Shown: in pieces, positions 13,000 to 27,782 of the stretch
Layout of the letters: each line of letters begins with the position of its first letter
Numbering within the stretch: the first letter of the stretch is position 1
From: Camelus ferus
Taxonomy: Eukaryota
Length of the DNA stretch: 64,000 nt
Assembly: GCF_009834535.1 (NCBI RefSeq)
Contig: NC_045696.1
Location: forward strand, 75,022,001 to 75,086,000
Direction: 5' to 3'
Translations under genes and position numbers: made by a program
Notes under the pieces: model-generated
What the model was told of the DNA's origin: nothing
The model's input: the letters and a program-made list of their open reading frames with translations, nothing else
Databases searched by the model: none

Positions 13000-15830
13000 A
13001 AAAATATGGACAAAGATGACTAAAAAGTCAAAGACTTTTTGGGCAAGTAACATAAATCAAATTGTAAGACCACTGGTAAACTGGAAAAATGTATTTGCCA
13101 CATATATGACAAAGGGCTAATTTTTTTTTTTTTTTTTGTAATTTACAAATAGCTCAGACAAGTCAATAAGAAAAAGATGAATAAGATAACATTACAAATA
13201 CATATTCTGCAGAAAAGGAAATTTAAATGAATAAGCTTAAAAAATAATTAAAATGCAAATAAAAACAAGGATATATTTCCATTTTTTACTTATCAGATTG
13301 AAAAAAATTTAAGTTTGATGAAGCCCACTACTGCAAAAATAGCACTCACAGATTGTTAGCAGGAATGCAAACTTTCTAAAAGACAAACTGACAATATGAT
13401 TCAAAATTTTAGACACACAGTCTTAGACTAGGCAATGCCGCTACTAGGAATATGGATACATCTGTAAAAATTCACCAAAAATTAGGTTAAAGTATATTCA
13501 TTGCAGCATTATTTATGAAAGCAAAAACTAGAAACAACCAAAATATTCATTAAGGGGAATGATTACATAAGTTATAGTAAAGCATTTTATGAAATATCAT
13601 ACAGCTATTAAAATGAATGATGTAGATCTGTATGTGCTGATATGGAAAGATCACCAAGACATAGTAAGGAGGTGGGAGAAGAGCTGCAAAACAGTGTGTT
13701 TATAAAAAAGAAAGGGGGATAGATTTCAGATTTCAAAATAGAGTAAAGACCTTTGTACCCTCAATCATTCCTAAGAATAAAAAAAAACACCTTCTTTGAT
13801 GAAGCTAGAAAATTATAATCCTAAACTATAATTTATAAAGATAGGGAAGAAAAGAATGATAAGTGAGATAAGAAATATTAAATTTAAGTGCCTACAGACA
13901 GGAAGCAAGCCAATTCTTAAAGAACCTCAGAACAGTTCAGGAGCAGGAAATACCTGAAACTACTAGAATTCCAACACTTAGCATAGTCAAAGACTTTCCA
14001 ATCCTTCGGAAATCAGAAGGCATACTTTCTGGAAAAACTAAATCCAAGAAACTTTGGACTTAAATAGACACAGAAATAGATAAGTGTAAAATTATTACTA
14101 AAAATCAGGATTATGTAAGATCCCAAGCCCCTTTCTTCAGTAAAGCTCTACAACATAAGCAGTCCTACACAAGAGAAGGTAGACTTTCTCCAGAAGATCC
14201 AAAACTGACTTACCTAGAGAAGATCATGACATTTAGGGATTTCCTATAGCACAGTCCACCAACAGACAAGAGTTCTGCCCTCAAACTCAGAGCTTTTAAT
14301 CAGCTTTTAATGCCTTTTAAATATGAATGACAGCCAAGGATCTTCACACATTTGAGGAAGTCTCCAATATTAAAGACAGAAACCAAAACAAGAGTGCTGA
14401 GAAACAGAGAGAATGACGGGACAGAAGAAAAATGTCAAAGAAATTAATTAAAATATTCTCAGATAAGAGAAAATTTGCATCATTGATCAGAAGAGGAACC
14501 AATAAGAAAACAATCAGAGAATAAGTGCTGAAAAAAAAACTCAGTAAAAGTTTAAAGTCAAGGCAATTTTCTAGAAGGCAAATTAAAAAGAATGAGATGA
14601 GTAATAGGGAAGAAAGGTTAAAAAATTAGAAAAAGCAATCCAAGAAGTCTAATATCTGACTTGTATGAATTCCAGAAAGAACAATGAAAACAGAGGAGAG
14701 AAAATATCAAAAAAAGTAAACCGAGAAAACTTCCAAGAACTGAACTAATACGAAGACCCACACCAAGGTACAGCGCTATAAATTTCAGAAGACTAGGCAC
14801 GAAGAGAAGATAATAGTAACTTCTAAAGAGAAAAACAACACCCCTCCCACCAAAAAGGCGAAATAAAAGATCACGAACCAGAATGTCACTGGACCACTCA
14901 ACAGCAAAACTGGAGGCCAGATGATAATTAAAGCAGCAATACTTAAAAATTTTTTGAGTAAAAATGATTTTCAATCTAGAATTCTATGCTGGGCATTGGT
15001 GGTTCAATGGTAGAATTGTCACCTGCCAATCTAGAATTCTACACTCACCTAAAATATCACATAACTGCAGAAGTAGACTATGACATATTCAGAAATGCAA
15101 AAATCTCAAGAAATCCACCCTTCAGTTATCCCTTTACAGGAAGCCACAAGAGGGAGTATACCATGAAGGTATGGGGAACGGGAAAGCAAGGCTCCAACAC
15201 AGGAAGCAGGTGTAGGTAATTTCCAGGATGAAAGAAAAGAGAAGCCTCATGACAAGAGCTGTGAAACAGACCTAGGGAGTAGTCAAGATTAAATTAGAAA
15301 AACTGAAGGTTCTAGGAAGGTGTCTTAGGAAAATAACCAAGCTAATTATCTTAGAGGTGAAAATTATTACAAAGATGGATTGAAGCCTCTGAGAAGACAA
15401 ACTGAAATGCAACTATAACTAAGTAAATTTTTTAAATGAGGCAATTACTTAATTAAAGTAACAACAATAAAAGTTGTACTAGAAAAGACATAATCACATG
15501 CACTTTTTGCTTCATTGTTGAACAACATTTATATGACCATAATGAAAATTACTATTTAACCAGTAATAATTAAATATCTGGATGGCAAGATAAGGAGAAG
15601 GAAGATGTCAAGAAAGTTAAAATTATACTTTATAAGAGGAAATCAATGGATGTTGAATATTGGTGGACCAAGAGATAGCAGTATACCCCATTATTATAAG
15701 GTGGTAAACAGAAGTAGTGAAAATAGTTGACAATTTTTTTTTTTGAAGAATGACATAGGACAAGTTAGGGAAAGAGGTTAGGGAAAGAGGATAAGAGAAA
15801 AGAGGGATAATACACTATTTCTATTAACCT
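13000..15830 (+). mobile_element. Ancient L1ME/HAL1-like fragments (ORF2 end/3'UTR, then ORF1-like region)
   Basis: A-rich degenerate L1 motifs, e.g. TATATGACAAAGGGCTAAT, TTCATTGCAGCATTATTTATGAAAGCAAAAACTAGAAACAACC, AAGTCTAATATCTGACTTGTATGAATTCCAGAAAGA, CTCAACAGCAAAACTGGAGGCCAGA. Boundaries approximate. Confidence 0.6.
14993..15028 (+). pseudogene. 5'-half tRNA-Gly(GCC) tailless retropseudogene
   Basis: GCATTGGTGGTTCAATGGTAGAATTGTCACCTGCCA matches the tRNA-Gly 5' half to just past the GCC anticodon. Flanked by the direct repeat CAATCTAGAATTCTA (14972-14986, 15027-15041). Confidence 0.88.
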
Positions 15831-15859
15831 TTCAGTAGTAATTTAAATCTATATTTTAT

Positions 15860-18810
15860 TATTTTTTATTTCAGCTTTGAGGTATAACTTAAAATTCAGT
15901 TCAATGAATCTAGGTAAACATATACAGTTGTGAAAAATACTACTATAGTCAAGTTTAAAATACTTTAATTACTCATCCCTAAAAGTTTTCTCACTTCACA
16001 GTCAATTCCCACTCCTACCCCAGGTCCTAGGTAACTACTAACCTAGTTTTTGTCTCTTTAGCTCAGCTTACTCTATAGAGATTTATATAAATGGAATCAA
16101 ACAGTATGTAATCTTTTGTGTCGGGCTTCTTTCACTTTGCATGTTGTTTTTAGCATTTATGTTTAGGTCTAGGATCCACTTTGAATGAAATTTGGAGTTT
16201 AGTGTAAAGACAGTGTTAAGAATCTTTTCAATCCCTCCATATACATATCCAGTTATTCCAGCACCATTTTTTGAAAAGATTATTCTTTTCCCCTTGAATT
16301 ACCTTGGTGTCTTTGAAAAAAATCAATTATATTAAGCATGGTTCTATTTCTAGACTCTCAAATTTCTTCCACCCATCTGTATGTTTATCCTTACTCTCAT
16401 ACTGTACTATTTTGACTACTGTAGTTTTACAGGAAGTCTAAAGAGTCAGGTTCTATAAGGCCTCAGATTTTGTACTTAAAAAATTTGGGGGGGAGCTACT
16501 TTATGTTTTTGTACTTCCATATAAATTGTAGAACCAGGGTTTCAATTTCTATGAAAAAGACTAACAAGGTTTTGGTACTGCAGTGACTCTACAGATCAAT
16601 TACATGAGAATTGCCATCCTAACAATATTCAGTATTCCAATTCAAGAACATGGTATGACTCTCAATTAGGGTCTTTAATTTATGTCAGCAAAAATTTATA
16701 GTTTTCAGTGCACAGATTTTGCATATCTTTTGTTAAATTTATTTCTAAGTAATTATAAATTTACTTCTAAATAATTATATAATGCTAACATGGTTTGTTT
16801 TTTAATTTCACTTGTGGATTGTTCACTGTCAGTATACAGAAATACAATTAGTTCTTGTTTACTACCTTGTAAACTATACGTTTGCTAAATTCATCTATTC
16901 TACAGTTTTAAAAATGCAGATTCCTTAGAACTTTCTACATACATATCATCTATGAATAAAAGTTTTACTTTTTTCTTTCTATTCTGTATGTCCTTTCATT
17001 TTTTTCCCCTTATCTTACTGCATCAGTTAGGACCTTCAGTTTAATGTTGAGTAAAAGTGGAGTTTAAGTTGAGCAAACATCCTTGCCTTGTTCTTGATCT
17101 TAACTGGAAAAGCATACAGTCATTCACCATGAAGTATGATTTTATTCTTGTTTTCATAGATATTCTTTACCAACCTGAGAAAGTTGCCTTCAATTCCTAG
17201 TTTGCTAGGAGTTACTATGTGTTTGTGTTGAATTTTATAAAATACCTTTTCTGCATCCATTGAGATGATCATACAGTTTTCTGACTTTGTCTTATTAGCA
17301 TTGTGTATTACACTGAATTGATTTTTGGAAGTTAAACCAGTCTTCAATTTTGGGGACAAATCCCACGTGGCCATAATGTATTATCCTTTTCATACATTGC
17401 TAAATTTAATATGCTATTATTTTGTTAAGGATTTCTGTGTCTATGTTCATGAGGAATATTGGCTACTAGCTTTCTTTTCTTGTAATGTCTTTGGCTTTGG
17501 TATCTGGGTAATACTGGCCCCTTAAAATGAGTTGTAATGTTATCCTTACACATATACTTTCTGAAAATTTGGGTAGGACTTGTATTTTTTCTTTATTCAG
17601 TGTTTGACAGAATTACCAGCTATGCCATTAGGGCCTGAATTTTTTTGTTGGTGGTGGAAGGTTTTTAATTACTAACTGAATTTCCTTGTTCTACATAGCT
17701 CTACTTAGATTTTCTATTTCTTCTTGAGTCAATTTTGGTCATTTGTCTTTTTCAGAGAATCTGTCTATTTTATCTATGTGGTCAAACTGATAAGTGTAAA
17801 GTTGTTCATAATATTTTTATTAACTTTTTAAGAATGTATAGTATCTGTAATAGTATCTATTCTTTCTAACATTGTTAATTTACGTCTCTCCTTTTTTCTT
17901 GTTAAAAGTTGATCAACCGTTTACTGAACTTTTTAAAGAATGAACTTTTCATTTAATTGATTTCTTTATTTTCTATTTACTTGAGTCCTGCTCTGACCTT
18001 TATTATGTCTTTTCTTCTATTTACGTTGGGTTTAATTTACTCTTTCTTTTCTAGCTTCTTAAGGCAGGAGCTTAGATAACTGATTGTAGAGACCTTTCTT
18101 TTCTAGTATAAGCATTTAGAACTCTAAATTAATTGTTTAGCATTGCTTTAGCTATATACCAAATATTTTGATATGTTTTATTTTTATTTTCATTCAGTTA
18201 AAACTATTTTCTAATTTTCCCTATGAATTCTTCTTTCACCCATGGGTTACTTAGAAATACATTATTCAGTTTCCACATATTTGGGGATTTGCATTATATC
18301 TTTCTATATTGATTTTTAATTTAATTCTTTTAAATTAGTTTAAATCACACTGCATAACTGCAATCTTTTTACATTTATTAACATATTTTATGTTTGTGGA
18401 TCACAGTATGGCTTATCCTGATGACTGTTTCAAATACAGTGTATGTGTTGTTGGGTGTGGTATTCTGTAGATGTCAATTAGGTCGAATTGGTTGACTGCT
18501 TTATTCAAGTCTTCTATATTCTGTTTTTCTGTCTACTTATCCTACCAACTGTTGAGAGAGGGGACTGAAATCTCAAACCAAATGCTGAACTGCCTATTTT
18601 TCTACTTTCAGATCTGTCAGTTTTTACTTCTTATATTTTGTGCCTCTGTTATTAAGTGCATGTATATTCAAAAATTTTTCTATTTTCCTTCTGTATTCAT
18701 TCTTTTATAATTTTGAAATATCCCTGCATCTCTAGTATTATTCTTTGTTTTAAAATACATGGGCTGATATCAATATAGTTACTCCAGCTTTCTTATGCTT
18801 GTTTTCTGTG
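15860..18810 (-). mobile_element. Old L1 (L1M-type), decayed ORF2 and 3'UTR
   Basis: ORF 17120..17374(-) contains MIISMDAEKVFYKIQH...KLGIEGNFLRLVKNIYE, an L1 ORF2 RT-region peptide; T-rich on the + strand. Confidence 0.85.
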
Positions 18811-19699
18811 GAAGGGAATCACCCAACCTTCACACTATCATTACTGGAAGATACATTTGTTTTGATCACAAAAATTTAAAAGAGGAATATAATGACAGTT
18901 GGAAGATACAAACAAGAAAATGTTGATTATAATTCTATATAAAAAGATTAAAAATCTGGATTTAAAATATTGTACATAAATATATATCCCTATACCCCCT
19001 CCCACTTCCTCTGCTAGAATTAACCACATGTTAACATTGGCTACACTTTGGGGAGCAGGATATGAGTGGGCAGTTAGGAAAGGCAGAAATGAATACAAAA
19101 AGTAAAATTTTTCACATTATAATTAATTTGTCTCTCTTTTCTTACTATACTCATTTTCTTTCCCTTATTTAACTTAACTAGTATTGTACATCAACATAAA
19201 AAAAAGGTGAGAAAATAGTTGATTGTTCCCAACATCATTCATAACATGAATGAAATGTGAATCTTTCGTTATTAAGCCTGAGTGAAACTTCTGGCTTGTG
19301 ATAACTCTTATTTAATATATCAAGGAATAGACTTCTATTATTATTTTCTAAGGTTGTGTGTATTTCTGTGTGTGTGTGTGTATTTAAGAGAGAGACAGAG
19401 AGGGAGGCAGGAAGGGAGGGAGAGAACATGTGCATTTATAAGTGTTACAGATTTCCTAAAATTAAAATGACCCTTGTATTTCTACAACAAATGCCATTTG
19501 ATTGTGGGGTGTGCGTACATGTGTGCGTGTATGTGTGTGTTTTAACAGACTATTGAATCTGTTAGTTAATAATTTATTTAGGATAAATAATACCTGAAGT
19601 GAGACTAGTCTAGTTTTCTTTGTGTGTGTGAGCCTATAAAACAGTGTACCTAATTTTTATAATAGCTTTTAATACACTGAATCTTTGAAAGAAAAGTAA

Positions 19700-22200
19700 T
19701 GAGAAGAGACAAACCTTAATAGACATTAAAGCTTCGGTTACAAAAATAGAATATATAGTACTGGCTCATATAGACCCATGGAACAGAACTGACTTCAGAA
19801 ATGAACTGAAGTCACTGCTGCTATTTTGTATAGGAAAGAACTCAGAGTCTCTAATTAGGGTACTAGGTTGGATTACTTAACAGATGGTCCTGGTGGAAGT
19901 GACTAGCTACTTGGAGGGGAGAAAAAAGTTGAATTCTTATTGCTTTAAGATATACAAAGAAAACTTCAAAATATTCTTGAGAAACATAAAAGACTTGAAG
20001 GAATAGAAAAATATAACATTCTTGGTTAGGAAGACTCAAAAATTACTTTTTAAATAATCTGTAGATTTAACATGATTGCAATAAAATACCAACAAGATTT
20101 GGGTGTATAGAATTAATCATGCTGACTCTAATGTTTAAAAAAAAAAAAAAAAGGCAAGGCAGGAAACCCAGGAAAAATCTGAGGAGGGGAAAAATCAGGG
20201 GGAGAGAAGAGTCTAGCCCTAGCAGACATGAAAACATATGCTAAAACTACAATAATTACAATGGTAAGATACAGTTCAAAAAGAGTCAGATCAAAAGAAA
20301 AAAATTTTTTAAATAGACAAAGAATGTATTATATGATAAAGGTGTCATTTCAAATCAATAAGGAAAAGACCATTTGGATCAAGTAGCTGGACACTTGCAA
20401 AAAAAGTAAGAGTGGCTTCCCTCTTTACACCTTACATTAAAATAAACTCTACTTAGAATAACAAACATAATGTAAAAATGAAACCATAAAAGTACTATAA
20501 GAAAACATGAGATGATCCTTTTTAATATGTGCAAGGACATTTTTTCCTGAGTAAAATGGAGATGCCATAAAAAGACAAGACTGATAAATGCAACTATATA
20601 ACAAACAAAAATTCCTGTATGTAGGAGAAAAACACTACAGGCAAAGACAAAAGAAAAACTAGTAAAAACTATCTGCTACTCATATAACTGACAAAGGGAG
20701 AAATCCCTGCTGCATAAATAAAAACAATTCAATATAAAATGGACAAAGGATATGAAAGAAACACAGAAAAAGAAACATAGTTAATAAAATTGCTTATCTT
20801 TATTCATAATAAAAATGCAAATTAAATGATAAAACATTTTGCCTACTGGAATTTCAAAACTAAAAAAAAAAAAAAAAAAACTGCTGCAAAATAGCACTAA
20901 AAGGCATACATTGAAAAAAAAAGGTGGGGGGGGGGAATATAAAAGAGAGGTCCATAACCAAATACTTATTCTAGAGTAAGAGAAAAATGGAAGAAAGGAA
21001 ATTAAAGAAATAAAAGAAGAAAGTTTCTGAGCTGGAGAGACTTACATGTTCAGATTAAAAGGGACCACTGAGCAGCTAAATGTAAAAAAAAAAAAAAAAC
21101 AACCTATATTAGACAATAAAAGATAAAGATAAGAGCCTAAAGGCTTTAGTGGGGTGGTGGAATAAGTAATAGCAAAGGAATGATTATCTGACTGGCAACT
21201 TTTCTTATCAATAAAAGTGAAAAACTAGTAATTACAATCTGTTGGAAAATATTTTGACCAGAAATTTTATAGCCAAAAAATAATCATATTGTAAAGAAAA
21301 TATAAAGGTATTTCCATGGGTTTTACTTTCCATGTACCAATTCTAAGGTACCTGAGCTGTTATTACTTCAGCCAACCAAAGGTGGAGGTCAAGAAAGAAG
21401 ATATTACATGCTACAAGTGGTGGAACCGACTCAGTGGCCAAATCACACAATAAATCTTATTTATTCTAAGAAAAAGTGATCTTAGGGTAAAGTTTTACAT
21501 CAACCATAGAGAGTAATAAGCCCAAACTGGAATGAAATCTGCGTGGCCCAAGTAAAAAGTGTTAAGAAAAAAGAATACAACAAGTTCTAAGGAACAAATT
21601 AAAAACGTGGGAGTCATGAAGTATTAACGACACGCTGAAGAATGCATATGCTTATCCTTAAAACAGGAAAAAAGGCAACTTGAAATGTTGGGGGGGGGAA
21701 CAACAAAATGTGTAATACAATTATGCTTAAAATACAAAGCAAAATAGCACAGTATTGAGCAACTTACAGAATGTATAAAAAGAAGAACCATGTCATCTTA
21801 ATAAGAAGAATTTTTTTGTGTGGTTCATGATGCTGAATATATAAAGAAATCTAATCTTAGCACTCTATTTGGCTGTGGAGTGAAATGTTTTTACATAATC
21901 ATATTAATGTAAATACCATTAACTCCAACTATTAAAATCTACCTGTAGTCAAAACATAAGAAGACTTAAGTGTGGTCATAGAACAGAATGTAAAAGTTAC
22001 CACACTACTTGACAATGTACTAAGTAACTGCATACATAACGTGCTGTGGAAGGGTGGAAGAAGACCTGAAAGGAAAAATAAGGTACTATCATCATTGTCT
22101 AACATAGTGGGGGAATCAGGAATATTACTGAAAGTTGATGTAACAGCAAATGGACATGTGAATATATTAAAAGTAGAAAAGTAATAACAAAAGCTAAAGA
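19700..22200 (+). mobile_element. Ancient L1/HAL1-like fragments
   Basis: Degenerate ORF2 motifs (ATAGACCCATGGAACAGAA, GGTTAGGAAGACTCAA, AAAACTACAATAATTACAATGGT), followed by an ORF1-like A-rich segment. Boundaries approximate. Confidence 0.6.
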
Positions 22201-23399
22201 AAGGGGGAATGAAAGGATAGTGAGATGCTGATTAAACATGGTAACACAATTAAGAAACAGTAGCAGAAATTTTTAAAAATGAAATTCAAATGCCCAAATT
22301 TACTTTAATAATCTTCAAGTACAGTGACTATTAACAGAGGCAATTCTCAAATGCTATTATTCACTAATGTATTTCAGTTTAATACTGGAGAGGGTTATTA
22401 CAGTTATTTGCTTTTAATAAAAATCTTTTGAAACACTAACTGAGGAACTCTATCTGGAAATCTTTATAAGATATAACAGTTTTTCAAGTGTTTAGTGTAT
22501 TTCAAAGTGTGGTACCTTAATTTCCATTTTCTTGATTTCAGTTCCAGAAATATTGGCAGAAAAAGTAAAAAGCTGACAGCTGGGTATAAGGATATTACAA
22601 GATGACTCTAATTATCTAAAACGTTTCTTTTAAAAGAACAGTTGCTACTAAATATTTCATTGCTAACATTTGGTTTAAGCCATGGCTAGATGTATTCTAT
22701 GGCATACTGGATCTGAACTTTGCAGCTGGTCGTTGATTTCCATCAACACTTCGAGACTACTGTCTATAGTAAAGCTAAACACATCTAAACTTTGGAAACT
22801 GAACTTTAAAAATGCAATGCAAACCCAGTTGAATATTTATGTATGTATTATATATGTATAGCTTTTTGTCTTAATTGTTGCAGAATAAAATGCTAACTAC
22901 ACATAAATGTCAGCTGAATTTAATATGGACACCCTATTACGTCCTATAATATGGTTTCTGCAAAGGGTACAAATAAGCATCACAAAGCAGAGTACAGGAG
23001 GTTGGATGCAAAACTGAGAGACAAATAGCTTAATATTCAGCAATGTGTTCCTACCCTAGAGGAATAGATATTATTTTATTAACTGTGAATATGGTTTTAA
23101 AAAATTTATTAAAATACATTCTCCTCCAAACATTATAAAAGATAAATTAATACACAAGCAGGAAAAAAAAGCTTAAAAAGGTGTGTATGTGTGCATAATT
23201 TTACTATGATAGTCTATCTACCTTTTCAGTGAAGCCCAAAATCAGAAAAGCAGCCAGGTATCTTGGGGGCAAATCTCACGTCTACGGTACTTACAACCTG
23301 GGTAATTGTAAGCAGATACTTAACTTCTTAAGACCTCATTTTCCTCACTGAAAAGTGGGACTAATCACTCCTTCCCTGACTTCTTTACTGAAATGTTAT

Positions 23400-24490
23400 T
23401 CATATGACAAACATTTATTAAGCAATTATGTGCCGAGCTTATGTTAGAGGTACAAGATAAATAAAATGGCATTCCTGACCTCAAGAGGCTCACAGTCTAT
23501 TGAGGAAGACAAATATGTAAATAAGTAAGCATATAGCTTAGTGTGTGTGCTGTAATAGAGGCTACGGAAGTACAGAGGGAGAGACCACCTCTGCCTAGGA
23601 GAGCAAGTCCAGGAACACTTTACACAGAGTACGCATAAGCTGAAGAGAGTATGCCAGGTAAACAAGTTACTGGATGGAAGCAGCCACAGCAAAAGGGGCT
23701 CAGCATGAGCACAAGCACAGGAGTCCAGTAAGGCCCAGGTGAGTCTGAGGCAGTTCCCAATGGCTAGACTGCAAGGTGTTCAGTGAGGGATAGTGTAGAA
23801 AATGTGCACAGAAAAGTAGTATGGTGCCAAATTGTGAGAAGAATTACAGTAAATGAATGAGACTGCACTCTACTTTGAGGTCAGTGTTCCTCAAAATCTT
23901 ATCTCGGAGTCACATGTAGTAGGCTTAAGAGCAGGAAGCTTGTTAAAATGTATGTTTCCAGGCCCAGAGATCCACCGAATCAGAATTTCTAGGGTTTGGG
24001 TAATTCACATTTTAACAAGTTCCCCCTGGTGATTCTAATACACCTAAAGCTTGAGAAGCAGCAATGTAGATCACAAGGAATTACAAAACATTAAGCAGAT
24101 CAAGTTTGTATTGTAGGGTAATACTTTGGCAGGAGCATGGAAGCAGTGCCAATCTCTTCTTTGCCTTCTTCCACAGAACCTATTTATTACAGGACATACA
24201 CGAAATTCTGCTGATTATTTACATGTCTGAAAATTCTGGTGGCAGTGTGGAAAGTAAAAGAGAGAGGAGTAGAAAAGTGGAGAGACTGGTTGGGATACAA
24301 CTGTGATACAAGAAAAGATTAAACTAAGGCAGTGACTGTGAGAAAAGATGGAGATGAAATCAAGAGGCATTTTCCGGAAAAATACCCAAGATTTGGTGAT
24401 CAGTTGGCTTTGTTTTGATAGGTCAGAGATGATAGAGTCCAAGGTTAACAGAAATTTCTAATTTGGCTAAGTAGTGATGCTATGAACAGA
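23400..24490. mobile_element. L2 fragments interrupted by a MER5A-like DNA transposon (~23880-24062)
   Basis: ACAAACATTTATTAAGCAATTATGTGCC...CCTGACCTCAAGAGGCTCACAGTCTA (L2). CAGTGTTCCTCAAA...GAATCAGAATTTCTAGGG...CATTTTAACAAGTTCCCCTGGTGATTCTAAT...TTGAGAAGCA (MER5A). Confidence 0.7.
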
Positions 24491-27400
24491 AAATCATATA
24501 AAATAGAAATGTAAAAACATTTTCAAAACTGGAAGTCTAAGTGTAAGGTATTATTAACCAGGTTCCTTTCTAGAACACTTCCCACACTCTCCTTAACTTA
24601 GATGTCGACTGTATTCATATCTCTTTCAAAGCAAAAGTAACTCATGCTTATTATAGAAATTCATTCACTTAAATACTGACTTAAGTGTCTATTAAGATCC
24701 TGGGACTGTGCTCTGTACCTACACAGAGTACGTGGTGCATGGACGAATGAGGAAAACAAAACAGTCAAAAATGTATCTGATACAATCATTATCATTTTTC
24801 GATGTAGTGTCTTACAGCTTTTTTTACTACACATATTTTTTAGTTTACTTCATTGGTTTATATAGTTGTGCTCATACAGCATAGTAATTTTGTATCTTGC
24901 TTTTTTTCACTTGAAAAACATTTCCTTAAATTACTATAAATTTTCCATAAGCAATAGTCTTCTGACTACGTATTTCTATGGAAGACACAGCACTTAATAT
25001 ACTATTGAATTATTTTTGCTCCTATTTTATTTACAGTTATTATTTTATTTGAGTTCTATGTTCTTAAAAGTCTGTTTGCACAAGCTCATTTCTGGAATAC
25101 AACACCCTGGAAATAACTCTTTCAGTCACTAGCCATTCAGTATCAACTTTTCCGCCTCATAAAACGTAAGTGGTTTTATTCAGTGTCATGCGGTTAGTAG
25201 GCAGGTTAGATATTTTGGTTCTGATGTAGAATTATAAGCAAATGTCCCATCTTACCACATCAAACCTTTTCTTTCTGCCCTCTCCCCAGTGTAAGAGAGA
25301 AATCATGTCTTCTCAGCCCAATGATCATGTCTTCTAGGCCAGCTAGAAAAAAAATAGCACGTGGCAGCTCAGGGGTACACTTTTCTCTTTCCAAGGATCT
25401 AGGGGAAGTTCTCTTTCCCCAGACAGATCTGACAGGGATTCACAAAGTGTTTGCATAAAGGGGATGAGTATGACATATGGAGATAAGAGTAACACGTAGA
25501 TTTGTCATCTTATTTACATTTTCTATCCTTAGACTTTCCACTTCTCTAGGTGAAAGAGTTAGCAGAAACCTACTCAGAGTTTTCACAAAATAAATTCTGC
25601 CTAGTGTGGTTGTGCTTCCTTTAGCAAATCCATATACATATAAAAGAACAGATGGGAGAAAGAAACATAAATAACAGTAAGTCCAGTGGTCACATTAGTA
25701 CCAGATGTTGTGAGATAGTTGTAATTTCTAATGTTCTGTTTTCTGTATTGTTCTAATATGACTTAAGAGTAATCCATCTGAGGAATAAAGCAGATTTTTC
25801 AAAGTGCTTTCAAAAATTAAGACTGAGAAAATATGATCCATATATGTATATCTGTATTTTTTTTTAAAAAGTAGCTGAATAATTAAACATTTTTTCCCCA
25901 TTTAGTCAATAAACCTTGTGCTTGGTAACATGCTAGACCCTGGGTTTATGGTGGCAAACAGCACAAACATAGTCTGTGGACTTACACACTCACCACTTTC
26001 CTTGAAAACTCTTAAATCACTCTTAACTTACAATGTACATTTTTTTATACCACCTTGTACAGAAATGTTTTGTGAAAAGATATAATACATATTCAGCAAT
26101 CTAGAATACAACAAAATTATATATGGAATATATAAAATACATGTAGTACTTAAAATGCTGTGGATTTATGCATGTGCATGCATGTATCAGAGAGAATGCA
26201 CATGCATAGATAATAGTTTGTTGTGGCCATAACTGCAGGCCATCTTGGAAATCAACACAATTGCTTAGCAAGTCTAAAACAACAGTTTTCTTCCAGCACT
26301 GGGACAAACTGCTGGTTTTTTTGGTTCAGCACTGGAGACTTGGTATTAGAGGCCATGCTGTATAAACATTACGTATGTCTGAGTAACAGAATCATACTCA
26401 ACAAAGTGAGTTCATACCTACACAATGAGATCCACTGAGGTGACAGCAAAGTCACATTTTAAATCACATGTCTACTTTAAAGCAAAAGCTCAGCAGTGGG
26501 ATATGAATGCACTCTTTAAATAATTACTTTTGTCGTGTTTTTACTTTTTGCTGAGTGTGTACAATTAAATTCATGTAAATTAAATGTAATGGGAGTCCAC
26601 TGTTTACTGATTAGATGTGGAACTTCAGTTTTCTAATCTGTGAAATGGAGAGACAATGTGTATTGGAGCGCTATTTGTGAAGATGAAGGGAGATAACATA
26701 AAGTCTGTAATATTCTCCTTTCCCAGATTCATGATACTAAAGTTTGGGTCTGAGGTAACTCACAATATACATACTAAAGTGTACATTTTGAAAATCAAGG
26801 ACATTTTCTCCCACAGTCTGTCAGTAACTTCATTATTGTACAAGGGCAGTCTACTGTTGTGTTTTTATTTTTTAATTTTTCATTGTGCCTACCACCACCA
26901 CCACCCAAAAGATACAAAATTCTATACAGTTTTACATGTATAAAAAATGTCTGGGAGTATACTTAATAATTCTTTAAAAGCAAGTAACAATGAAAAATGC
27001 TGAACGACTATGCCAAAAATTAGATACTTTCTAAAGCAACTTCTGTATAAATTAATTATAATAATATATGTAGTTTTTAAAAGTGTGTGGGTTTTATTGA
27101 GAGAGAAAGACTATGGGATTATCAACTTGAGAAAAATAAGTTACCTTGTGTGACACTGAGAGCAATCTAAAAACTGCTGAAAAGTAAGAGGTAAGAAAAC
27201 ATAACCTCACATATAGTTACCAAAAACTTAAATACAAACTAATAATCTCACTTACATAAGGTGCCAACAACAGTACTGAAACCAGGTAGACGATGCCGCA
27301 GAAATCTGCATCAAAGATGCCAGGCAGCTACTTTAGTGATTAAGGCAAAGACTTAAGAGACTGAATCGATGGAAATATTCAAAACACGTGGCTGCTTTCC

Positions 27401-27782
27401 TTATTTTCACATAAATGACATATAAGTTTTATACAATGTCTAGTCAGGGTAAACTAGGTATCAGAATGATATACAAAAGAGTTAAATCTGTATTAAAGAC
27501 TTCATAGAAAGTACAAGAGAGAAGTGAGATAGATATAAGAAGCTTTAAAACATGACCTGAGAATTCTACAAAAGCCATGTAACACACAGACCATACGACA
27601 ATATGACACAAATACTACTTAGTGTATGAAGAAAGACAAGGGAAGGAAATACCTAGTAGCATGAAACAAGTACTGCTTCAGTAGCAGAGTGCTTTTAAAG
27701 TATCTGCTGGGGGCAAACAAAAGTCTAGGACCAGAGGGCTTCAGAGAGGAATTCTATCAAACATATAAAGAAGAGCTAATAC

